From NCBI GenBank assembly GCA_045532035.1, contig JAZSFD010000015.1, positions 1 to 55,594 of the forward strand: a stretch of 55,594 nt of DNA. The letters are read 5' to 3'. Below, piece by piece: positions 18,888-29,259 of the stretch. The position numbers were made by a program, and so were the translations under genes. Source of the DNA: Eubacteriales bacterium. Its GTDB lineage: Bacteria; Bacillota; Clostridia; Oscillospirales; CAG-382. Position 1 is the first letter of the stretch. Each line of letters begins with the position of its first letter. The notes beneath the pieces were generated by a model that made no database searches, had not been told where the DNA came from, and saw only the letters and a program-made list of their open reading frames with translations.

Positions 18888-19094
18888 ATGCAGATTAAAA
18901 TTTTCAGAGAAAATGACATTCTCGTCATGAAAAAGAGTCACGCCTGCAAAAAGAACGCCACACGCTTCAAGGTACTCCGTGTCGGAAGTGATGTGCGCAT
19001 GGCCTGCTGTGAATGCGGTCATGATGTAACCATCGAGCGCATAAAGCTCGAAAAGAACATAAAATCGATAATCCCATCCGCACAAAATCAATAA
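18888..19094 (+). CDS. DUF951 family protein
   Basis: MKKSHAC..RVGSDVRMACCECGH; RBS ggagg. Confidence 0.8.
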   Translation: MQIKIFRENDILVMKKSHACKKNATRFKVLRVGSDVRMACCECGHDVTIERIKLEKNIKSIIPSAQNQ

Positions 19095-19116
19095 TTCCCG
19101 ATCGGAGAACCACAGA

Positions 19117-20187
19117 ATGTTTGAAAATCTGAAAGATGCGGAAAGCAAATTTGAAGCCATAAGCGAGGACCTGACACGTCCCGAGGTCATTTCCGACACA
19201 GAACGCTTCACAAAGCTTATGAAGGAGCACAAACTTCTCTCCCCCATCATTGAAAAATATCGCGAATACCGCAAATGCGAGGAGGATATCGAATCGGCAA
19301 AGCTTCTTCTTGAGGAGGAAACTGACCGCGAGCTCTGCGAGCTTTGCGAAAACGAAATAAAAGAAAACAAGGCAAAACTCGAAACCCTCACCGAAGAACT
19401 GAGAATTCTTCTTCTGCCCAAGGAAGAGGACGATGACAAAAATGTCATCGTTGAGATCCGTGCAGGCACCGGCGGCGACGAGGCAGCTCTTTTTGCAGGC
19501 AGTCTTTACAGAATGTACAGTATGTACGCCGAAAGCTGCCGCTTCAAGTGCGAGCTGCTCTCTGCCAACGAAACAGGTCTTGGCGGCTACAAGGAGATCT
19601 GCTTTATGATCGAGGGCGATGAGGTATATTCCCATTTCAAATTTGAAAGCGGAGTTCACCGTGTTCAGCGCGTTCCCGAAACCGAGACCCAGGGTCGCAT
19701 TCACACCTCGGCGGTCACGGTAGCTGTTCTTCCCGAAGCGCAGGAGGTTGATGTACAGATCAACCCCGCAGACCTTGAGATCGACACCTACCGAAGCGGA
19801 GGCGCGGGTGGTCAGCACGTCAACAAGACCGACTCCGCCATCAGAATAACCCACATCCCCACCGGCATCGTTGTCGAATGTCAGGACGAGAGAAGCCAGT
19901 TCAAAAACCGCGACAAAGCAATGAAGATGCTCCGTTCAAAGCTTCTTTCGATGGAGCGCGAAAAGCAAGAAAAAGCCATTGCAAGCGAAAGAAAAAGCCA
20001 GGTGGGAAGCGGCGACCGAAGCGAGCGCATCCGCACCTACAACTTTCCCCAAGGCAGGCTTACCGATCACAGGATCGGCCTTACCATCTACTCACTTGAT
20101 GCCGTTATGGACGGAAAAATCGGCGAAGTCATCGATGCTTTGCGCACAGCCGAGCGTACAGAAAGACTGAAAAATTCAGAATTTTGA
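19117..20187 (+). CDS. prfA: peptide chain release factor 1
   Basis: GGQ motif, PET tripeptide, EIRAGTGGDEA. Confidence 0.97.
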   Translation: MFENLKDAESKFEAISEDLTRPEVISDTERFTKLMKEHKLLSPIIEKYREYRKCEEDIESAKLLLEEETDRELCELCENEIKENKAKLETLTEELRILLLPKEEDDDKNVIVEIRAGTGGDEAALFAGSLYRMYSMYAESCRFKCELLSANETGLGGYKEICFMIEGDEVYSHFKFESGVHRVQRVPETETQGRIHTSAVTVAVLPEAQEVDVQINPADLEIDTYRSGGAGGQHVNKTDSAIRITHIPTGIVVECQDERSQFKNRDKAMKMLRSKLLSMEREKQEKAIASERKSQVGSGDRSERIRTYNFPQGRLTDHRIGLTIYSLDAVMDGKIGEVIDALRTAERTERLKNSEF

Positions 20188-20209
20188 TTTCGAAAAGAGA
20201 AAAACACAA

Positions 20210-21283
20210 ATGCTACTTGAAAAAACAGAGATACTTGAAATAACAGACGGCGGAAAAAGCAAGCAAGATCTCGAGAAGCTTTCATTTGCCGCAGACATCA
20301 TTCGACGCGGAGGAACCGTCTGCTTTCCCACCGAAACCGTCTACGGACTCGGCGCAAACGCCCTTGACGAAAACGCGGTTTCCGACATTTTCAAAGCAAA
20401 GGGGCGTCCCCAGGACAATCCTCTCATAATTCATCTTGACAGCCTTGACAACGCCGACAGATACTGTGTGGCAAACGACAACCGATATCTTGAAAAGATC
20501 TCCTGCTTCTTTCCCGGACCCATCACGGCGGTGCTTGAAAAAAGAAGCATCGTTCCCAATGTCGTTACCGCAAAGCTTAAAAGCGTAGGGGTCAGAGTTC
20601 CCGTTCACCCGGTGGCAAACACCTTTCTGCGGCTTTGCGGTGTTCCCGTGGCGGCACCCTCCGCAAACATTTCGGGACGCCCCAGTCCCACCGATGCAAA
20701 ACATGTCATCGAAGATCTTTTCGGAAAGGTCGATGTTATAATCAGTGCGGGGAATTCACAGGTCGGTCTTGAATCGACAATCATTTCGCTTGTAGAGGAA
20801 AAGCCGACCCTTCTCCGTCCCGGAGGAATATCCTACGAAAGCCTTTGCGAAAAGCTCGGAGATGTGGCGGTTTCAAGCGCCGTCCTTTCCGAAATGAAGC
20901 CGGGCGACACGGCCTCGGCTCCCGGAATGAAATATAAGCATTATGCTCCAAGAACCCCGGTGTTTCTTGTGCACGGAAATGATGAGGATGTAATGTCCTT
21001 CCTTGCGTTCAGACAAAAAAATGAAAATTGCGCAATCATCGGTTTTTCGGAGGACAGGAAGGTATTGTCAGAAAAAAACTTTTTTGATCTCGGAAAAATC
21101 AACGAACCTGCCGAGCACGCAAGGCTTGTTTTTTCTCATCTCCGTGCGACAGATGAGATTCCGAAGCTCGAAAAGGTATATGTCCACATTACAGGCGACA
21201 AAAGCGGCATAAATCTTGCCGTTTTCAACCGTCTTCTCAAAGCATCGGCATATCACATCATTGATCTTACGGAGGGAAAATGA
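20210..21283 (+). CDS. sua5: threonylcarbamoyl-AMP synthase Sua5/TsaC
   Basis: FPTETVYGLG, KGRPQDNPLI, APSAN, PGMKYKHYAP. Confidence 0.93.
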   Translation: MLLEKTEILEITDGGKSKQDLEKLSFAADIIRRGGTVCFPTETVYGLGANALDENAVSDIFKAKGRPQDNPLIIHLDSLDNADRYCVANDNRYLEKISCFFPGPITAVLEKRSIVPNVVTAKLKSVGVRVPVHPVANTFLRLCGVPVAAPSANISGRPSPTDAKHVIEDLFGKVDVIISAGNSQVGLESTIISLVEEKPTLLRPGGISYESLCEKLGDVAVSSAVLSEMKPGDTASAPGMKYKHYAPRTPVFLVHGNDEDVMSFLAFRQKNENCAIIGFSEDRKVLSEKNFFDLGKINEPAEHARLVFSHLRATDEIPKLEKVYVHITGDKSGINLAVFNRLLKASAYHIIDLTEGK

Positions 21284-21882
21284 TAATAATAGGTCTTACC
21301 GGTCAGTCAGGCGCAGGAAAAAGCTCTTTTTCAAAAGCTCTTTCGGAACGCGGTATTCCCTGTCTTGATACAGACAAAACCGCAAGACAGGTGGTAGAAA
21401 AAGGAAAGCCCTGCCTTGCAGAACTTGTTAAAGCCTTCGGCGAAGAAATCCTGCTTCCCGACGGAACGCTTGACAGAAAAAAACTCGGTTCAATTGCTTT
21501 TTCGGACAAGGAAAAGCTTGCCGTTCTCAACAGAATCACCCATGGCTATATATCGCTTGAGGTTGATAAATGGTTAAAGCTGCAAGAGGAAAACGGAGCT
21601 GTTGCAGCGGTTATCGATGCTCCGCAGCTTTTCGAAAGCGGCATCAACAAAATTTGTAATATAACAATTGCAGTCATTGCAGACGAAAGCGTCAGATTCG
21701 AAAGGATTCTCTCGCGCGACGGCATAACCGAGGAATATGCAAAGAAAAGAATGGCGTCTCAGAAGGATGATTCGTTCTTTATTTCAAACTGTACTCATAT
21801 TATTTACAATAACGGTGCGGAAGATGAGCTTTTGGAAAAAGCTGAAAATTTCCTTGCCGATCATATATTCAACAAGGAGTAA
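21280..21882 (+). CDS. coaE: dephospho-CoA kinase
   Basis: IGLTGQSGAGKS, LDRKKLG, DAPQLFE. Confidence 0.93.
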   Translation: MIIIGLTGQSGAGKSSFSKALSERGIPCLDTDKTARQVVEKGKPCLAELVKAFGEEILLPDGTLDRKKLGSIAFSDKEKLAVLNRITHGYISLEVDKWLKLQEENGAVAAVIDAPQLFESGINKICNITIAVIADESVRFERILSRDGITEEYAKKRMASQKDDSFFISNCTHIIYNNGAEDELLEKAENFLADHIFNKE

Positions 21883-21884
21883 AA

Positions 21885-22475
21885 ATGAGAAAATCGATCG
21901 CGATCCCGGTGATCCTCGTGCTGTCGGCGCTTATCGCCACCTTTGCGGGCTTTATCGGCGATCTCATCACAAAAAGCTTTCATCCTGTGAAATACAGCGA
22001 GTTTGTCACAAAATATTCAGCAGAATATAATGTTCCCGAGCCGATAGTTTACGCTGTCATAAAAACCGAAAGCTCTTTCAGACCCGATGCCAAATCTCAC
22101 AAGGGCGCCATAGGGCTTATGCAGATCACACCCGCCACTTTCGAATGGCTGTGTTCAAAAACCGGCGAGGAGGCAAATCCGAGCCTGCTTTACGATCCCG
22201 AGACAAACATCCGCTACGGCACCTATTATCTGAGCCTTCTGCATTCGGAGTTTCAGGTATGGGACACGGTCTATGCCGCCTACAACGCGGGGCGCGGCAA
22301 GGTAAACGACTGGCTGTCGCAGGATGAATACAATAACCACGGCAGACTCAAAAATATCCCTTACAAGGAAACAGCGGAATATGTGAAAAAGGTCGGGCAA
22401 AGAGCTCTTACCTATGAAAAGTATTATTTTGCGGAAGCAGAAACCATAAAGGAATCTGTCATATCCGATTCCTGA
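21885..22475 (+). CDS. soluble lytic transglycosylase (SLT) domain protein
   Basis: IKTESSF, GAIGLMQI, AAYNAG; N-terminal TM; follows coaE. Confidence 0.9.
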   Translation: MRKSIAIPVILVLSALIATFAGFIGDLITKSFHPVKYSEFVTKYSAEYNVPEPIVYAVIKTESSFRPDAKSHKGAIGLMQITPATFEWLCSKTGEEANPSLLYDPETNIRYGTYYLSLLHSEFQVWDTVYAAYNAGRGKVNDWLSQDEYNNHGRLKNIPYKETAEYVKKVGQRALTYEKYYFAEAETIKESVISDS

Positions 22476-22503
22476 GCATTTATAAAGAAAGGACGAAAAA
22501 ACA

Positions 22504-23916
22504 ATGGCAAAGAAGGAAAAAACAGAATTCGAGCTTATGAAAGAAAAGCTCTTCTATGAAAGAAAAAACGCACTTCACGACATCAAGGCAAAGCAGGAAA
22601 AGGACATCGAGACTTTCTCCAAAGACTATAAGAAATTCCTCGACATCGCAAAAACCGAACGCGAAGCCACTGCATACGCCGTTGAGCTTGCAAAGAAAAA
22701 CGGCTTTGAAGAATTCGCTTTCGGCAAAAAATATGCCCCCGGCGACAAGATATATTTCGACAACCGCAAAAAAAGCATTTATCTCGCGGTCATTGGCAGC
22801 GAAAACATCGAAAACGGTATAAACATTGCAGCAGCGCACATCGACAGTCCCAGAATCGACCTCAAGCAGTGTCCAGTTTACGAGGATGCAGGTATGGCGT
22901 TCTTCAAGACCCATTACTACGGAGGAATCAAGAAATATCAGTGGACCACCATTCCCCTTGCGCTTCACGGTGTAGTTGTCCTTAAGGACGGCACAAGTGT
23001 TGATATCTGCATCGGAGAGAAAGAAAGTGATCCGGTTTTCTGCATCACAGATCTTCTCCCACACCTCGGCGCAGATCAGATGTCAAAGACCGCAAGCAAG
23101 CTCTTCTCGGGCGAAAACCTCAACATCCTCATCGGCTCGAAGCCCTTTGGCGGTGAAAAGCAGAAGGATGCCATCAAGCTCAACATCCTTTCAATGCTCA
23201 ACAAGGAATACGGCATCGTTGAGGAAGATTTCCTTTCTGCAGAGCTCAGCCTTGTTCCCGCCGAAAAGGCACGCGATCTCGGCTTTGACCGCAGTATGAT
23301 CAGCGCTTACGGTCATGACGACAGATGCTGCTCCTACCCCATCCTCATGGCGGCGATCGAAGCAGGAAAGAAAGCTCCAAAAAACACCCTCATCACAATT
23401 CTTGCCGACAAGGAAGAAACCGGAAGTGAAGGTACAACAGGCATGAAGAGCCGCGCTTTTGACGATATGATCCGCGAGATTTGCGACAACATGGGCGCAA
23501 ACTCAAGAAAAGCTTTTGCAAATTCCAAATGTCTTTCGGCAGACGTCAACGCCTGCTACGACCCCAATTATCCCGAGGTTTATGAGGCAAAAAACTCGGC
23601 TTTCCTCAACTGTGGCGTTTGCGTGACAAAGTTCACCGGCTCAAGAGGAAAATCGAGCACCAACGATGCATCGGCAGAATTTCTCGCCGAGATCAGAAAG
23701 ATGCTTGACGATGCAGGAGTTATCTGGCAGACAGGCGAGCTCGGAAAAGTTGACCAGGGTGGCGGAGGCACTGTTGCCATGTATCTTGCAAAGAGAAATG
23801 TGGACACTGTGGATGTCGGTGTACCGGTACTTTCGATGCACGCGCCTTATGAGGTCATCTCAAAGGCCGACCTTTATTCGGCATATCTTGCTTTCAAGGC
23901 TTTCTTCGCAAGATAA
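22504..23916 (+). CDS. M18-family aminopeptidase
   Basis: AHIDSP, HDDR, DKEETG, SADV, LSMHAP motifs. Confidence 0.9.
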   Translation: MAKKEKTEFELMKEKLFYERKNALHDIKAKQEKDIETFSKDYKKFLDIAKTEREATAYAVELAKKNGFEEFAFGKKYAPGDKIYFDNRKKSIYLAVIGSENIENGINIAAAHIDSPRIDLKQCPVYEDAGMAFFKTHYYGGIKKYQWTTIPLALHGVVVLKDGTSVDICIGEKESDPVFCITDLLPHLGADQMSKTASKLFSGENLNILIGSKPFGGEKQKDAIKLNILSMLNKEYGIVEEDFLSAELSLVPAEKARDLGFDRSMISAYGHDDRCCSYPILMAAIEAGKKAPKNTLITILADKEETGSEGTTGMKSRAFDDMIREICDNMGANSRKAFANSKCLSADVNACYDPNYPEVYEAKNSAFLNCGVCVTKFTGSRGKSSTNDASAEFLAEIRKMLDDAGVIWQTGELGKVDQGGGGTVAMYLAKRNVDTVDVGVPVLSMHAPYEVISKADLYSAYLAFKAFFAR

Positions 23917-23932
23917 TCTCTATTGAAACAAT

Positions 23933-24000
23933 AATCCCATCTGTATATTTTTCGCTTTACCGTGAATACTAAAAAGCGAATATTACAGATGGGATTTTTT
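23933..24000 (+). terminator. long hairpin terminator containing a sigma-G-like promoter for tepA
   Basis: aatcccatctgta..tacagatgggatttttt; GTATA-N17-AATACTA at 23943-23971. Confidence 0.55.
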
Positions 24001-24004
24001 AATT

Positions 24005-24769
24005 ATGAAAACAAACGAAAACACACCCGACTTTCTCCCGGAGGGAGAGTTTCCGCCCGACGAATCAATTCCGGATACGTCGATTGCAGATGAAGAATCG
24101 AGGATGCTTGAAAAACAACGCGTTTCAATCGAAAACATCAACGAATCGGGATCGATAAAAACAAAAAACGGCAATGTGACGGTGCAAACAATCGTCATTG
24201 CAGGACAGATCGAAGGGCATTATGCCCTTTCCGCCCAGACAAAAAGCACAAAATACGAACACATTCTTCCACAGCTTGTTCAGATTGAGGAATCGGAGGA
24301 CACCGACGGTCTTCTGATCCTTCTCAACACCGTCGGAGGCGATGTGGAGGCAGGTCTTGCCATTGCAGAGATGATCTCGGGCATGACAAAGCCTACAGTG
24401 TCACTGATACTCGGCGGAAGCCATTCTATAGGTGTTCCGCTTGCCGTTGCGGCAAAGCGCTCGTTCATCGCGCCGTCAGCCACCATGACGATACATCCCG
24501 TGAGAATGAACGGTCTTGTCATCGGAGTTGAGCAGGCTTTTGCGCATTTTACAAAGATGCAGAACAGGATAGTGGATTTTATTATCAGAAATTCTTCGGT
24601 AGATGAAAGCACTTTCCGCAAGCTAATGCTTGAAACTGATGAGCTTGTTGCAGATGTCGGAACCATAATTGATGGCGAAAAGGCTGTAAAGATAGGGCTC
24701 ATCGATGAGGTCGGAGGGCTTTCACAGGCATTGTCGGCACTCAAAGAAATGGCAAAGAAGAAGGCCTGA
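24005..24769 (+). CDS. tepA: ClpP-like protease TepA
   Basis: GQIEGH, TKYEH, NTVGGDVEAGLA, GGSHSIGVP, TIHPVR. Confidence 0.88.
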   Translation: MKTNENTPDFLPEGEFPPDESIPDTSIADEESRMLEKQRVSIENINESGSIKTKNGNVTVQTIVIAGQIEGHYALSAQTKSTKYEHILPQLVQIEESEDTDGLLILLNTVGGDVEAGLAIAEMISGMTKPTVSLILGGSHSIGVPLAVAAKRSFIAPSATMTIHPVRMNGLVIGVEQAFAHFTKMQNRIVDFIIRNSSVDESTFRKLMLETDELVADVGTIIDGEKAVKIGLIDEVGGLSQALSALKEMAKKKA

Positions 24770-24783
24770 TGCCTTCTTCTTTT
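24754..24783. terminator. bidirectional terminator
   Basis: aaagaagaaggc/gccttcttcttt between convergent genes. Confidence 0.7.
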
Positions 24784-24788
24784 GACCT

Positions 24789-26919
24789 TTATTTAGTCCT
24801 TTCAATTATCATATCCTGCCAGGTCTTGTTCATGGTCACAAAGCGGGCATTCCACCCGGAAACGCGTACAGAAAGATTCGGATAGTTTTCGGGGTTATTT
24901 TGTGCATCAATAAGGGTCATTTTGTCGATCGTGTCTATCTGCATAAAATAGCCGCCGAGTTTCACAAAACCCATGATAAGCCCCGAAAGAGCACTGACAG
25001 CGTTATCTGTGCCAATGCTTGACGGAACAAAACCGATATCAAGCGCAGCTCCCGTGTGCTGACGCCAAAGGTCTGCCTTGCAATAGGATTTGATTATGGC
25101 TGCCGCTCCGTTTTTGTCGGTGCCGGGGGTCGGCGAGCAATTGCCGGAAAGCACCTCTCCGGCCTTTCTGCCAAAAGGCGTTGAATAACGCGAGGGTGCC
25201 CACTCTATCTGCCTTCCGAAGGTGGAAACTCCGCTGACAAACCTTACAGGCGTTTTACCGTCATATTCGGCACACATATCAGCAAAAGCTGACAAGAGCT
25301 TCGATGCAATGCCATCGACCTCATCGTTGTCGTTTCCGTAATACGAATATGCATTTATAACATACTTTCTCAATTCATCTGCGCCCATCCAGTTATCCGA
25401 CAAAACCTTTATGAAATCAGAGAAAGATATCATTTTTTCATCAAAGACTGCTTTTTTGATAGCGTAAAGGCTGTTTACAACATCGGCAAAGCCGCCGATA
25501 TGCGGAGATATGACATGGTATACAGGGCCTCCTTCATTATAGGACAGGCCCCTTTCGATACATCCGCCCTCAAAAAGCGAACCGCCGTACAACAATGAGA
25601 CTCAACAAAATCATAAGAGCCTTGCTTAAACAGTGTCAGCACTTTGCTCTCATATATCATTCTCACCTGCTCCGAAAGATCCTTGCAAAAAGCGGAAAAA
25701 AGAGAATCGAAATCCGAAAACTTGACCGTACCATCATAGTTTTTCAGAGTATTCTGCTGAAAAACCCGAAGACCGTCAAATGGAACGTATGTGAAAAAGG
25801 TCTTCCCTGGAATTTGTACCTCCCAGCATCCGTCGTTGGCGAATCTTCTTGCTTCCCTTTCCTCATAACCCATGTCAGCAAGTGATTTAAGCACCAGGTC
25901 TTCGTTGTAGATAGCAACTGTTCCGCCGCCGAAACGGATAACCTGTGATACACGGTCGAGAAAAGCTTTATCGGTGTTCTTATTGATTCTTACTGTGGTG
26001 GGGAAATCGCTTATTCCCGTTTCCTCTATTATATCAAGGACAAGATAGGTCACTTCGTTTGTGACATCATTTCCATCCTCATCAATTCCCGATATGACGA
26101 GATTCTGATAATGCTGGGCATCGCCGCTTGTGGTGGGAAGCCCTGTTATCCATTCACACCCCTTTATGAAAAAATGGGCAAGTATCTCACTCGCATCACC
26201 AAGGGTGAGAGTGCCGTCAGAAAGATCGTTTTTAAGATATTTGCCAAGCATAACGTCAATTCTTCCTATACCCGGCCAACAACCCAAAAGTCGAAGAAAA
26301 GCAAAGCAAAACCAGACACACTGCACCTCCTCATGGAAATTGCGTGCGGGCTCAAAGGGGACGCGAGAGAGATTCTTTATATTAACTTCATACCCTTCTT
26401 TTTGTGAAAGAGCTGAAATATATCTTTCATGCCATATCTTCATGCAGTCTATGCAATGAAGACAACTTTTGAGAAATTCCACCTTACGGGGCTCTGAGTG
26501 TTTTGCGAGAGATGAAAAGATATCATCGCGTATGCCGTTCATGCCCTTTTGGAGCACGCTGAAAAAATCCACCGTCAGATGACTGATGCCATAGATCAAA
26601 TTTTTCTCAACACCGCTTTTCACCGTCGGTACCATGTGGCGTATGGCATCCCCCAAGGTTGCAGCTCCGGATAAAAGTTCACCGTCGCATATTCTTATCG
26701 GTGCCTTTGTTACAATCTCATAAACGCAGGCGTTATATTGCGCGATATCTGAAAGCTTATCAAAGTTTTCCACTGTATCAACCGAAACCGACGGGGTCAA
26801 ACAAGTGTCTCTCCCATATTTAAAATTGAGTGATTCATATGCAAAAATTCTTGTTTTTCCGAAAGCCTTGTGGGTCTTTTGATATCCGATGATGTGAAAA
26901 ATTCCACGAACTTCACCAT
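24789..26919 (-). pseudogene. glycyl-radical enzyme (PFL-like, unclassified, ~710 aa) interrupted by two 1-bp deletions; pseudogene or assembly error
   Basis: NDGCWE Cys loop, RVSGW Gly motif; adding one base at ~26856 and one at ~25580 joins three fragments from ATG 26919 (RBS aagga). Confidence 0.8.
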
Positions 26920-27002
26920 CCTTTCATCGTTTCATTATATACGATTCTTTTGTAAAGTCAAGAGAATAAAAAAGGAGGTTGCAACAACACTCCTTTCAGC
27001 AC

Positions 27003-27530
27003 TTATTCAAAAAGACTTCCTCCCCTGCAATCGAGAGCAACATAGACAGGAAATTCCTCAAGCTCAAGCCGTTTTACCGACTCACAGCCAAGCTCGGGAA
27101 ACGCAATGACCTCGCACTTTTTGATACACATAGCAGCAAGCGCTCCGGCACCACCGATAGAACAGAAATAAACACCTTCGTTGCGGCAAACGGCATCAAT
27201 CACCTGCGCTGAGCGCTGCCCCTTTCCGATCATGGCACAAAGTCCCAGATCAAGAAGACGAGGGGCGAAAACATCCATTCTCGACGATGTTGTGGGACCG
27301 CACGAGCCTATCGGCATCCCCGGGCGTGCAGGTGTGGGACCTGCGTAGTAAATGCAGGCACCGTCAAGCTCAAAGGGGAGCTTTTCGCCGCGGTCGATAA
27401 GAGCAGTTATTTTCTTGTGTGCGGCATCGCGGGCAGTGTAGACCGTCCCCGAAAGGAACACCTCATCCCCTGCCGAAAGATTTTTCGCACAAGCTTTAAG
27501 TTCTTTTGTGTTTATGTGGTATACTGCCAT
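27003..27530 (-). CDS. Fe-S fumarate/tartrate hydro-lyase beta subunit
   Basis: YTARDAAH, GPTTSSRM, MIGKG, IGGAGAL. Confidence 0.9.
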   Translation of the reverse strand: MAVYHINTKELKACAKNLSAGDEVFLSGTVYTARDAAHKKITALIDRGEKLPFELDGACIYYAGPTPARPGMPIGSCGPTTSSRMDVFAPRLLDLGLCAMIGKGQRSAQVIDAVCRNEGVYFCSIGGAGALAAMCIKKCEVIAFPELGCESVKRLELEEFPVYVALDCRGGSLFE

Positions 27531-27544
27531 AAAAAGCCTCTTTT

Positions 27545-28354
27545 TTACTCGTCGCTGTCAGAAAAAGCGCTTGCGATGTTTTCATAAAAACCGCCTGCCG
27601 CATCTTTTACTTTGCGGAAAGCTCCCAAAAGCTCCTCGCGACGCTTATAAAGATATTTGATCTTTTTCATATTTTCGGCAAGCTCTGCTTCGCTTTGCGC
27701 TATCGTCTTATCCGCCTCAAGCCTTGCACCCGCAAGAATATCCGAAGCCTTATCGCGGGCATCCGAAAGGAGCTTTGCGGCATCGACCTTTGCTCGCTCA
27801 CAAATATCTCCGGCAACAATTTTGTCGGAGTCATATTTTTCAGCCTTTGCTTTATATTTTGCCGCTTCGCCTTCTGCAAAAGCAAGCTTTTGCGAAAGAG
27901 AATCCTTTTCGGTTTGCTGAGCAAGAATTATGCCCCGCTGATTTGAAACATCGTCAGACAGCATTTTGTTTTCCGACTCAAGCTTTTCGCATTTTGCACG
28001 AAGCGCGACAACCTCTTGCAAGAGACCTTCGTTTTCCGCTTCAAGGCTGCTCGTCTTCCTCTGTACACCCTCAAGCTCCATGATTATTTCCGCAAGCTTT
28101 CCGGTTGCTTCCTCAAGCTGTGCATATGTATCGGAATAGCGCAAGCTCAGACTTTCGAAGCTTTCCTTTGCTTCCTTATAAGCATCTTTGAACCCCGAAA
28201 GCTCGGATATTTCGTTTTCAAGCCTTGTTATTTCGTAATCAGACTCTTCCTTGGTCATCTTGGCTTTTCTGTTAAGCTCTTCGATATATTCGACGACCTG
28301 CGACTTTTTGAAGCCTCCGATGGCGCCCGAGAAAAGTTTATTTCTTTTTGACAC
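27545..28354 (-). CDS. DivIVA-like coiled-coil protein
   Basis: N-terminal F..AIGGFKKSQVVEYIEEL, then a long coiled coil with A..A..IL..A repeats. Confidence 0.6.
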   Translation of the reverse strand: MSKRNKLFSGAIGGFKKSQVVEYIEELNRKAKMTKEESDYEITRLENEISELSGFKDAYKEAKESFESLSLRYSDTYAQLEEATGKLAEIIMELEGVQRKTSSLEAENEGLLQEVVALRAKCEKLESENKMLSDDVSNQRGIILAQQTEKDSLSQKLAFAEGEAAKYKAKAEKYDSDKIVAGDICERAKVDAAKLLSDARDKASDILAGARLEADKTIAQSEAELAENMKKIKYLYKRREELLGAFRKVKDAAGGFYENIASAFSDSDE

Positions 28355-28509
28355 GTTTGTATCCGCCCTTAAAATATATTGTTTGTGCCGAAAACGGCAA
28401 AAATCTACGAGGATTCATTTTTGCTCGGATCCTCGTCTTTCGATATTATATCACAAAAATTCACAAGTTAAAAGAGTTTTTTTACAATTTTTCGTGTTTT
28501 TTTCAATCT

Positions 28510-28552
28510 TTCATTCGGATTTCACACTAAATTCACATAAGTCTAATACAAT
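28510..28552 (+). promoter_or_regulatory. tandem TTCACA repeats (11-bp period), putative OmpR/PhoB-family operator upstream of the two-component system
   Basis: ttcaca at 28521 and 28532, degenerate ttcatt at 28510; tacaat at 28547-28552. Confidence 0.45.
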
Positions 28553-28587
28553 GTAATTGTTAAATTATTCCCGAAGGAGGAAAAAAC

Positions 28588-29259
28588 TTGAGCAAGCTCC
28601 TTGTCGTCGATGACGAAATGAAAATAAGAGAGATCATCAAAAAATACGCAGTTTTCGAAGGTCATGAGGTCACCGAAGCCTCGGGAGGACTTGAGGCCAT
28701 AAGCCTCTGCCGCGAAAAGAGCTTTGACATCATCATCCTTGACATCATGATGCCTGACCTCGACGGATTTTCGGTCTGTCGTGAAATCAGAAAAAGCTCA
28801 TCTACACCTGTAATTATGCTTTCGGCACGCGGCGAGGAATATGACAAAATCCACGGCTTTGAGGTGGGAGTTGACGATTATGTGGTAAAGCCTTTCTCCC
28901 CGAAAGAGCTCATGATGAGAGTCGCCGCCATTATCAAGCGCGCGGCGGGAAACGATTCGGATATCGTGAAGATCGGCTCGCTAAAGATAGATTTCACGGG
29001 ACGCATCGTTACCATTGACGGAAAAAATGTAGATCTTACGCCTAAAGAATACGATCTTCTTTTCTATCTTGTAAAAAACCGCGGTATTGCGCTCACCCGC
29101 GAAAAGCTTATCAGCAATGTCTGGGGATATGATTTTTTCGGAGACGACAGAACCCTTGATACCCACATAAAGCTTTTGCGCAAAAACCTCAAAGAATACA
29201 GCTCATATATCGTCACCCTGAGAGGAGTGGGATACCGTTTTGAAGCCGAAGAAACATAA
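28588..29259 (+). CDS. OmpR-family response regulator
   Basis: VVDDE, LDIMMP, KPFSP, winged-helix TLRGVGYRF; TTG start with RBS ggagg. Confidence 0.93.
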   Translation: MSKLLVVDDEMKIREIIKKYAVFEGHEVTEASGGLEAISLCREKSFDIIILDIMMPDLDGFSVCREIRKSSSTPVIMLSARGEEYDKIHGFEVGVDDYVVKPFSPKELMMRVAAIIKRAAGNDSDIVKIGSLKIDFTGRIVTIDGKNVDLTPKEYDLLFYLVKNRGIALTREKLISNVWGYDFFGDDRTLDTHIKLLRKNLKEYSSYIVTLRGVGYRFEAEET

